From Octopus vulgaris (lineage: Eukaryota): a stretch of 64,000 bases of DNA. Positions 53,395-64,000 of this stretch are shown one piece after another. Position numbers and translations under genes: made by a program. Within the stretch, counting starts at the first letter, position 1. Every line of letters starts with the position of its first letter. The notes under the pieces were generated by a model that was not told where the DNA came from, searched no databases, and was given only the letters and a program-made list of their open reading frames with translations. Where the stretch lies: contig OX597814.1 in NCBI GenBank assembly GCA_951406725.2, forward strand, positions 25,420,001 to 25,484,000. Reading direction: 5' to 3'.

Positions 53395-53519
53395 CATTTA
53401 TGTATATGTATATATATTTAAGGTATAAAAAATATATACCAGCAATGCTAGAAGGAAGAGTTGACTCTTCTTTCTATATATATTTTTATACCCTAAATAT
53501 CTATGTATTTTTAATTATA

Positions 53520-53755
53520 TTTATTTCTTTATTACCCTTAGGAGGCAAAACACAGAGGGGACAAACAAGGACAGACAAAGGGATTAAGCCGATTACATCG
53601 ACCCCAGTGCTTAACTGCTACTTTTTTAATTGACTCTGAAAGGATGAAAGGCAAAGTCAACCTCAGTGGGATTAGAACTCAGAATGTAATGGCTGACAAA
53701 ATACCGCAAAGCATTTTGCCCAGCGTGCTAACGATTCTGTCAACTTAACACCCTA
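53520..53755 (-). mobile_element. SINE family A
   Basis: acacagaggggacaaacaaggacagac...aaggatgaaaggcaaagtcaacctc. Confidence 0.88.
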
Positions 53756-54779
53756 ATATTTACATATATTGGTTTCTGGCCACTATATTATTATTATTTT
53801 TAATAATATCTTATTATACACACACACGTGTGTGTGTGTGTATAATATGGTTGAAGATAATGCCAAATGTCAGCTTTATTTCTTGTAGTTATAAATTGAA
53901 AAAAATAAAAACACAAATTGAGAAAGAGGCATTTTGATTTTATAGCATATTTCTAGCAGACACGCCACAATTATAAATTTATGAGCTTTTGCTGCCTTCC
54001 TATGATATAAGGCAATGACAACTACAAAAATAAATCTTTGCTGTAACAGGGATTTCAAAATAGCAAAATACAGATGAAATCAGAAAACAAATTTACTATC
54101 ATCCACTGATCACTGTACGTGATAGTAATAGCAAACTAGTTCTTCCCCATCAAAAGTTAGAATTGTTAAATCAGGAATGCCTTTGATCATAGGATTACAC
54201 AGTCTGGGTTGACCTGGGGCTAAACAAAAACAACAGTACAACAAACATCAATATTATTTGATAATATAGTCTCAGATCAGTCCTGATTGAGCAATGATAA
54301 TCAAAAACATTTCACCCATTACCATAGTTTGTTTATCTTTCTAGCTATAGTAGTGTACACTGGTGTACATTATCCAATGTGGCCTTCCTTTATTTAAGAT
54401 AGTGGGTGTAACTTGAGGAAGATTTAGTTACTCTTTCTAGTAGGTTGGGCAATTGAGAGATGTTCTTATAATGAATGCTCATAAAATCTACCTGGCACCC
54501 CAGATTGATTCTGATCAAAGATCATTCAAGCCATAACCATATTGTCTTTTCTTTTTTGGCACTGTATTCACCGAACTACATCATTTAGTATGACTTTTTC
54601 TTTGATGAGATGATGTGATTTCAGGTAGATTTAGCAACTATTTATAACAAGTTAAGCAACCACATAATTCTTTTGTTTCCGCATCATTTTGTTTCTATAT
54701 CATTTCTCAAGAAGTGATAATCTATGATTGTAAAGTTTGACACGCTGTCCTTTCTTATGCTTTTTCAAATACAATAGAA

Positions 54780-54960
54780 ATTAGAACATTCATGAGGACA
54801 ACAGGCTAACTGAAAGAATTATCGATATGCTAAAGTTGTGTTGTAAGATATTCAGTTGCATTTCCATTGAAAGGTAGCTTGAAGGTATTCCAGAAAATCC
54901 ACAAAGGTCATCTGATTATAAGGGACAAAATAGTGGACAAAATCAAATATCTTTTGAAAG
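54780..54960 (+). mobile_element. Possible Gypsy integrase zinc-binding domain relic
   Basis: KVFQKIHKGHLI at ~54882-54917 (cf. L..IHEGHLGI). Single motif only. Confidence 0.25.
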
Positions 54961-57900
54961 AGGTTATGTCTTTTGAAAGACTGTGGAACACAAACATCAG
55001 AATTTACAAACTAATATATTCTGGATGACATGATTATTACAAGAAAGATGACATAAAGTTCTGAAGTGGATGCAGAAGTATCATCTTCAACTACCTGGAA
55101 GCAAATCTTAAATTCTTCTGGGAAACGACATCTTCATAAAGCATCTGTGAACATTTATTCTTTTATTGGGTTATCATGCTTTAGGAATATACAAGAGATG
55201 TATGCCTGCTTTGACCTACTGCATAAAGGTAATGTCATAAAGATAATTATAGAAATTTAGCATAATGGTATAAAGAATAGACATACTACTGCAATTATGT
55301 ATTTAACACACACACTCACACACACATACACTCACACACATACACACTCACACACATACATGTACACTTGTAAGCTCATGAATATAGTCTCCAAAGGAAG
55401 TCATGATATGCAGCTGGATGACTTATTTCAAGAAAGAATTCTATAATATCAAGATTGAATTAAATTCATAGAAATGACTCTACTTCCTTTTAGATATTAT
55501 AGCCTAAATGCATAAAATAATTTCCTTGACTGTTGACCTCTGCAATGAATTAGTATAAATTATGTATAAATAATATAATAATGAGACATAAAAGGAGAAA
55601 AATAAAATGTTCTCAATAAAGAATTTTAGAAGTTTGGTATGTGTATGAGTTTCTACTTTACAATTTCTTTAAATTAGTTATACAGAATAAGGTTTGATTA
55701 GTTTAAATAGTCATCAATAAAATGAGATTCTTTCAGATGTAACTGAATTGAAATCAATCAGAAAAAAAAAGAAAAGGAAAAGCTATGAAAGGAGAGAATT
55801 TGTTTATTATTTTTGTTTTCTTTTTAGTTTTACAACAAGTAAATTTGATAATATTAAAATTTGATTTATATATAACTGGATCAAATAAAATAAAATATAA
55901 TTTACAAAATTTTTTTGTAATGGATGAATTGCAATGAGGAAAACTATATGCATTGAAATGAGCTTATATATGTATTAGTAAAATGAAATATTACATCATA
56001 ATTAGTTTCATGTGAAAATAGAGAAAGACCAAGGGAGTTATCCAGTAAACAGGTTTTTGTTTTGACGGAACAGTTTTTGATAGCTAATATTAATGAGAGA
56101 TATCTTGGGGTTAAACCTATATGATAAACTAATTTAGAGACTGATAGTAAAAGTTAAACATGTTCTTCTTGCCAACATTGTATTGATTATTCCATTTCTG
56201 CTATAAATCTTTATCTAGCTATAGGTTTTCTGCTATCTCATTTATAATTGTGCCTCTATACATCAGCAGAAACAGAAACAAACACCACAGAACTTACAAT
56301 ACAAGTGTTAATTTTCCTAAATACTACCTTGCAATGACAAGATAGATAATTAGCACCATTATTCATAGATATTTGTTTGAATTAACATAACTGGAATCAA
56401 ACACACTAATTACCAGGAACCGATTTTCTTTATTTTATATCAACTTTTTGTTATGATACTTGTGTTGCTATTGCTGCTGTTGCCTTTGTAGTTGTTCCTT
56501 TCATATATTTTAATTTATTTTTTTTACATTTTCTGATTGCTAGCCAATATATAATCTTTTTCACTTTCACTAAAAAAAAAAAAAGTCATATAATAATATC
56601 TAATCTAAAATATTCACATTTAAAAGTAATTCTGCTAAGAAAATTAGTGAGTTTGTTTCCTGTAAACTCACTTTCATTGCATATTGTTTGTTGATTCTTT
56701 GAAGAGCTATTGATTTGTGTGCAGAAATCTATTCCTCTTATCTCTTCCATAACCAAAGCTTTCTTTCCAGTTTTCCCCTGTCATCTATATAGCACTGCAT
56801 TGTAATATACATCAATATTTAAGAAATTTACATAATATTTAATTTTATATGAACCAGATGAAAGGAAAAATAGGAAAGAGGAAATTGTAATTAAAAGCTT
56901 ACATAAATATAATGTTGAAAATGCTCTAGAATCATTTCTATACGCTTGTGCATTTTGTGTAATGGTTGTCTGCAATTTTTCTTATTGTTATTGTTATATT
57001 TTGTTGATGCTGTTCATCAAACATTGTTATTAAAAGCCATGTTATTGGAAAATTATTAAAAGTAAAATTTATTTTTCCGATTGATTTCTAATCTATCTAG
57101 AGTACATACACATTTGTTGCTTGGTGCAATGCAATATGTTGCTTAAGCCACAAAAACAAGAGATTCTTCACAAAAAAATGAGCAATTTTGATGAAATACT
57201 TTACACTCTTGTCTTGAGCAAAATCTAAATTTAAAAAAAAAAAATTATGTAAGCAATATGTAGATAGTCATTAAAAATAATATGGCATATTCACCCCTAC
57301 TATATAATCTTTAGAGACCAGAATACCTACTTCAAAATTCAGAAAATACAATAGGCCATATAATTTAGTCACAAATCAAGCCAGTTGCTGATTATATATA
57401 TCTGCCGTATTTATCACAAAAGTAACTGGTTCCTAGACACGTTAAATATTGTGAATTTAGACCTTAATCACTATATGACAGGTTGCTACCTTAAGTAGTC
57501 TTATAAGTAGATGAGGTAGTTTCTCATCATCCAATTGTTTACTTAATAACTTACAGATCAGTGTTTGCAATTGCTTATTTGATCAGCTGGTATCTGAGGT
57601 TGTTGACTGTGATTTTCCAGCTGATAGTCTGTTGTTTGCAGTCATAATATTAAAAGACTCTTCTTACAGTCTATAATCATTATAGATTATGATATACAAT
57701 TTCATGCAACTGTCATCTTAAACAGCTGTTACATCCTGATATAAAGTAAATATTCTGTTGCACAGTTGATGTTGCTGAGTAATATTTGCAGATGCACATT
57801 TAATAATCTAAACAAAAATTTCAGAAAATATTATTCTCTATAAAACTGACTTCTTCATGACATAAGCAAAATGTTGGTGGAAGTTTTGTAATTTGTGGAA

Positions 57901-58064
57901 AATAATTGACACTTCTCATTCACAACTCTTTCTAAAGGATATGAGAATATAAAAAATCTTTTATTTCCTCCCTCCTGGTTAACTCTGATCACGAAGGCTG
58001 ATGGTTATATGCATTTCAGCTGTAGTCATCCCAGAATTTATGTATCACACACTACATTATTTAT

Positions 58065-58210
58065 CTTTATCATCAACATTTAACATCCGCTTTCCATGCT
58101 GGCATGGGTTGGATGGTTTGTTTGAAAACTGGTAAGCTGGAAGACTGCACCAGTTCCAATCTGATTTGGCATGGTTTCTACAGTTGGATGCTCTTCCTGA
58201 TGCTAACCAA
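58065..58210 (-). mobile_element. SINE-like family E, 5'-truncated
   Basis: tttaacatccgctttccatgctggcatgggttgga...tttctacagttggatgc. Confidence 0.8.
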
Positions 58211-58467
58211 GTGTGTGGTGAATGATTTATGGTTCATGCACACTACAGTGCAACACTCCTCCAAAAACATACAGGAATAAACTCGTACAGTAAATACCCA
58301 ATAAAATAAACAAACCCCACATGTACCATAGAAGTTCAATACCCAACAGAAGAATACAACCTGCACTGCACAAACAATACACAATACAAGATCATAGAGT
58401 CTGATTTGAGGGAGATGTGGTTGCTATTTTTAACAGATCAATTGCTCCTACATTTATTCATTATAAA

Positions 58468-58494
<27 letters not shown>

Positions 58495-58498
<4 letters not shown>

Positions 58499-58809
58499 CA
58501 ATATATGAAAGAATGGAGTTGAACGACGAATTAACAAAATTCCTTTATTTTCGACATATGTTTCGAAGGCTGCATTTTCCTTCAAAACATATGCAGCCTT
58601 CGAAACATATGTCGAAAATAAAGGAATTTTGTTAATTCGTCGTTCAACTCCATTCTTTCATATATTGATATTTAAAATAAAAACAAAAAAAAACATACAA
58701 ATTTCCACACAAAAGCACGTAACTTCAAACGTGTCTTCTCTGATGTGAATTTGCTACCCAGGTATCGGTTAACCGAATTATCCATAACAAGATAATTCAT
58801 TCAACTACT

Positions 58810-58812
<3 letters not shown>
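58495..58812. mobile_element. Perfect 81-bp fold-back (58495-58575 / 58591-58671) plus ~140-bp extension between (TA)n arrays; probable Penelope-like 3'-end relic
   Basis: Arms identical by eye with a 15-nt loop. Each arm holds the 3' half of a hammerhead-like motif (CGAAA-CATATG-TC) followed by AATAAA. Confidence 0.65.
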
Positions 58813-58854
<42 letters not shown>

Positions 58855-58899
58855 AAAATTTCAATTTTTTTATTTATAACGTGTAACATTTAGTCCAAA

Positions 58900-61060
58900 A
58901 AGGAAATCCAGTATCCATAAATTTCACAGCTTGTCTGAGATTAGGGAAATAAATGTGGTTGATTTTCCATATGAACTTTTATGGAATGATTTCATTGAGA
59001 AAAAAGTAAGCATGGTTGGATTATAGATGGTGAAATTATAGATAGGAAGAGTTGAACAAAGTGTTTAATTTGGATTTTGTTGACTGAGTAGTGTAGAGGT
59101 AATGAGTGGAAGGGAGGTAGTTGCTTTAGATGTACCTTGGCAGAAGTGGTATTGAGTTTGTTTAAAAGAGCAGAAGCCATCGCATCATTAGAGGCCAGGA
59201 ATTCTGATGCAACAGAGTATTTGTGGTATGGTAGGTGAAGTTAACTAGTGAGCAAATATTTGGCAATTAAATGGATGTCATTTTCTATGTGATCTACGAT
59301 GTTTATGCATGAAGCTGTAGAATTGATCAAGATAAATTAACTACTTTAATTTAGATTGCAGTTGTGTATCATAAAGAATCAGCTGCTGTCAATAATTATG
59401 GACCTGATAAAGAAACCTGGTCTCTGGAGCATAAGTTTCATAATGTCATAGACATGAACTCATCAGGGGCTGTCAGAGGTAACATATGATACAAATTCCC
59501 ATAGTTTAGTTGTGAGTCATTCATGAGATAGGAGGGTGAAGTATGATAAAACTGTTTCTTTGGTATGTCAAGTGATTGTAGTATATTTGTATTGTTAAAG
59601 AAGATTAGATTATTATGCTGCTTTCAAAGTATTTATCACAGCAATGCAAGTCTGTTAGTATATAAGTTGCATGTGGCAGCACAAGAAGAAATAAAGAATG
59701 ATATCATCGGCATTGGATTGAATGTAGAATATGATTTTAATGCACAGAGAAAATGAAATGAGGGAAATAGCTGAACTTTGTAGTACACCAGAGCAGAAGA
59801 ATGTAGCTGAGAGACATTTTATAGCAGTTTTTGTCAGACTCCAAGATACTATGATTAAAATTGTTTGATGCAATTAATGAGTGACAAGCAAAGTATTGAG
59901 TGACAGAAGGACAACTTAGGTGGGAAATCTCATTGTTGAAATCTTAGTTGATCTAATAAACTACATCATTGCTTCATTTAAAGATCTTGAGAATGAAAAG
60001 CCTACTGCTGTATAACATCTCACATATTGCTTTATAGAAACTACTGATAAATGCTGATAGTAGAAAGAAACTTGAAATGATAGAGGAAGCTGTTTTCATA
60101 AAGTTGGAGTAATAGCTCAGTGGTTATCAAAGTCAGATAGGTTCTCCTTCAGCAAAATGGTATATGCTGTTGGATATCTACATGGGTCAGATCAGATCCC
60201 ATATTGTTTAAATAAAATGGAAGAAAAATCATCAGCATAACCCTGCTGAATTGAAATGACAAAACGAATTTATATACTTGGTACCTAAGTGCACATAATG
60301 TCTCAGTAAGTTCGATGGAGACTGGAGTTTGAAAAGATCATATGTATTTGCATTCTGAATTTAAAAGCAGATTGGGTAGTATTTGGAAGTGTATAACTTT
60401 TGTCACATCCTTCTTTGGAGAGTGGTGAGCAAGAAGATTCCACAAAGGTAGTAAAGAATATCTTTATAAAGAACCGTAGTAAGGAGCCTGAACCAGTTTA
60501 ATCCAGCTGCAATTTGATAGATGAGATAGCTTCTCTCTAATGCCATGCACAACTGCAGCTTTTGTCTTCCTGAACACTACTTTGCAGTAATTGTATTGGT
60601 GAGTGATTTCCTTGAAGTTTTATAAGCAGTGTATTCTACGGGTGCATAGCTGTAGAATGAACTAATAGAGATTTTTGGTTGTGAGAGGGGATATTCATCA
60701 AAACACCTAGAAAGATAAGCACAGTCATTTTGTTAACTGTTTCAGATAGCTCAGAATTTAGATATGATAAATGAGAAGAATTGGTACAGACAATTGATGA
60801 GGAATAAAAATTTGTCTTCAGTGCTAGTAGTTTCAATATGGAAAATGTGTGAATGCATTCAAATCAACAAGTATGACACTGAGATAGATATATTTGATGA
60901 GTAGTGAGAGAAAATCAATTAATTATTGCTAATTATTGGAGTTTAGAGAAGAGTAGATGATGTTAGGAATGTGGAGAAGAACTTGATCCAAAATAACAGG
61001 ACGGTTTGACATCAATTTGATAAAAGTGATGGGAAGAACAGTCAACTACAAGCAGTTGGA
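58900..61060 (-). mobile_element. Degenerate CR1/Jockey-group LINE (endonuclease end to RT C-terminus)
   Basis: ORF 59655-59873: SGVLQSSAISLISF...IQSNADDIIL (cf. SGVPQGSVLSP.LF...YADD). Downstream QRPGFFIRS and QLILYDTQLQ (cf. LGFL.R..LL.LYKAQIRP). Confidence 0.65.
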
Positions 61061-61194
61061 ATAGAGCATGTTACTTAAACTGGCAACATAGATCAGAGAG
61101 TAATATTATGCACGGCTTCTGCATTTGTTAAAACCACTATTTATCTCTGATCAAGTAGCTGCATATGATCCTGTCTGCTTTTTCCAAAGTATAC

Positions 61195-61590
61195 GGGTGC
61201 AGGCATGGCTGTGTGGCAAGAAGTTTGCTTCTCAACCCCATGGTTCTAGGTTCAGTCCCACTGTGTTGCACCTTGGGATAGTGTCTTTTACTATAGCCCT
61301 GGACTGACAAAAGCCTTGTGAGTGGATTTGATAGTCAGAAACTGAAAGAAGACTATAATATATATGTATTTGTTTGTGTGTGTCTGTGTTTGCATTTGTC
61401 CCCTCCCCACCATTTGACAGCTGGCATTGATTTGTTTACATTCCATAACTTAGTGGTTCAGCAAGAGAGACTGTTAGAATAAATACCAGGCTTAAAATCT
61501 TAAGTACTGGGGTTCATTTGTTCAGCTAAATCTTGAAGGTGATGCCCTAGCATGGCCACAGTTCAGTGACTGAAGCAAGTGGAAATAAAA
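61195..61590 (+). mobile_element. SINE family B, full length, diverged
   Basis: gcatggctgtgtggcaagaagtttgct...ggttcagtccc...caccttggg...gcatggccacagttcagtgactgaagcaagt. Confidence 0.88.
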
Positions 61591-63169
61591 GTTGATAGAT
61601 GTTGTAACTAGGACTATATTATCTTATGTGTCCTTTCATTGATAAAAAGCTATGGTTTTATTTAAAGGAAATTTGGCTATAATTTCTTGCGAGGCTCTCT
61701 TGTTGGTCAGTATGCTCCTGTATTAGTGGGAAGTGGTGGGTAAGTCTACAGGTATTGCTGCAAAGTAAAAAAATTACTTATCCAACAGATTGATGTCCAA
61801 TTTTACAGCAAGACTTTGTCAGTTGTCAGAGTATTTTGGAAAAGGGAAAAAGAAAAAAACCAAGTTTCGAGTCATGCACTGCTGTAGACAATCCAAGTTG
61901 GTTTCAGAGTCCTCATGTGGGACTCACAAAATCTAAATACTCAAAGGAGAGGAGCAACAATCATACATTGATGGAGAATTACGCAGAAATGGTAGGGCAG
62001 CCTCTGGAATTTTAGCTTCCATGGGAACATTTTACCCTTCTTGTACACTCTGAAAATTATTTATTCTATGAAAGAAATGATAAAAATTTGACAAAAGGGT
62101 TTTGTTATCCTTACACATACTACTTTGTCTGAAAACTTGCAACAGAGTGAGCCTTGTTAAAGGTACCCAATTGTCAGGAGGAAGTGTTAAATGTTTAAGT
62201 TTTATCCTTCTTTCCACCTTACAAAGTAAATACTATGTTTTGTTTATAGAGACACTATTACTAGAAAAGCTGGCTTACAGGACTTAGAGAGACCTTTCTG
62301 CCTTAGGCTGATCAATTTCATATAAATGCGACCAAGCTTCTAAACTTAGTTGCATTACTAGTAAAAGCCACGTCTCTGCTGTCACACACCTGAGTATGTA
62401 ATGAAATAAGAAAACTAAAAACAAATTAGTCAGAATAAAAATAAAGGCAAAAACGAAACTAATAGAACCCACAGATCTGTAAGTAGAGAAAAATAAAAGC
62501 AAATTGAATCATTTTGTTTGGGAATCCAATCAAATTATAATCGATGACTAAAGCTAACACCTAATGACCTATCTTAGGTTAGTTTTCTTTCCTTCGCCTA
62601 CTTTGCGGCAGAGTCTCTCAAAGTTCTCTCCTTTACTTTATATTTCTTTCCTAATCTAATCTATTAACATACCAGCCTTCACCATATTTTTGTTGACTGC
62701 AATTAATTTCATTTCCTATCACTCACTATGATTTGTTTCCAGCACCAACCAACGTGTCTCATTTTTCTCTCTCTCTCTCTCTCTTTCTTTCTTTCCTCCC
62801 TCTTTCTCTCCTCTCTCTTCCCCTCTCTCTTTCTCTTTCTTCATCTACTTATTCACTGTCTCTCTCACATGCACACAAAACACAAACACATATAAGTAAA
62901 TAAGTAGAAAACACAACAGGTGAATATCTAAAAGCCGTGTGTGTGCATGTGTGTGTGCATGCATGTGTGTATCCATGTGTGTGTGTGTGTGCATACATAT
63001 ACACACATGCACACACACTTGCTCATAGATATTTATCTGTTATAAAGAGAGAAGGGAAAAGAGTCGCTCTTAAATACAGAGTTAAATAGATTTATAGATG
63101 GCTTGCTAGTTTAAGAAACATATAGTTCTTTGTAACATTTCATTAAATTTACTTGGGATTCATTATACA

Positions 63170-63440
63170 TCAAAGTTGGTGGAGTAGTAGCCTAAATGCA
63201 TTACAGTTTTTTTTCATTTCTGCCATCTACATTTTTAGTTTGAATTCAACCTCGGTAAACTTAGGGACACTGAATCAGCAGAACTGTTAGTATCAGACAA
63301 AATGACTTGTTTTATTTTGTTGCATTCTAAGTTTATGTTATGAGTTCAAATTGCATTATGTTCACCTTTGACTTTATCTTATTTCCTTCTGGAATTGATA
63401 AAATAAAGTACCAGTTGAGTACCAAAGTCAGTTATTATTT
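63170..63440 (+). mobile_element. Degenerate family A SINE fragments
   Basis: gagttcaaatt...ccttctggaattgataaaataaagtaccagttgagtac. Confidence 0.6.
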
Positions 63441-64000
63441 TTGTTACTCCACATAGATGTGAATGGAATTATAATTGAAGACAATGAGTAAGATGCTGCC
63501 TGTCATATTTTCATGTTTCATATAATAAGTACCAATTATGCACTGGAGTCAGTTCTACTGTCTACAGTCCTTCATCACCTTCAACTAATATATGAAATCA
63601 GTTATGCTATTCAGCATTTTGTCTCTCACTTCCAACATAATTCAATCTTCCTCTATCAGAATAGATTTTTCACACCTGCAGTGATTTTTACCAATGATGC
63701 ATGTCAATGAGAAAGATTCTACGTGGCCACTTAACCTGCTGAAAATAGCTGCTGAATCTTCTGTTAATCACAGACCAGTTTTATATAAAGAACAAACGAA
63801 ATTTGATAATATATTCTCACTTATTTCTGGAAAGATAGGATGCCTTGAATGCCTTTGATCAGAGGTCTTTTTGATCACAGGTGTCCTAGAGTTAGATTAC
63901 AGCAGCAGCAACTAATGTTACTGACATTTCACAACTGTCACAACTGACATACAAGAAGTATTTTTATCTTCATGACTATGATCTTGTCACTACTACCACC

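Overview
AT-rich, repeat-dense eukaryotic (animal) DNA. The SINE repertoire (tRNA heads with Meta-, CORE- and Nin-like central domains) and the very high (TA)n/(CA)n/(TATG)n/(GATA)n load fit an octopus or other coleoid genome best; this is an inference from family resemblance, not a search result. I could not establish an intact protein-coding gene, and nearly all ORFs in the track are microsatellite translations or transposon relics. Recognisable relics include two R4/Dong-type retrotransposons, two CR1/Jockey-type LINEs, two RTE fragments, Tigger/pogo and maT-like (Tc1/mariner) transposases, an internally deleted CsRn1-clade Gypsy element with an intact 3' LTR, and many SINEs from at least five families. 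The most interesting signal is a recurring architecture: short, ORF-less segments sitting in (TA)n arrays that carry minimal hammerhead-ribozyme-like motifs typical of Penelope-like elements. Two are fold-back inverted duplications (44.2-45.6 kb and 58.5-58.8 kb). Also notable are a SINE-like element with an ordered array of ~64-bp units, head/tail shuffling between SINE families, and a CpG-retaining domain (~44-53 kb) between CpG-depleted flanks that may contain a promoter. All alignments and translations were done by eye, so repeat boundaries are approximate.
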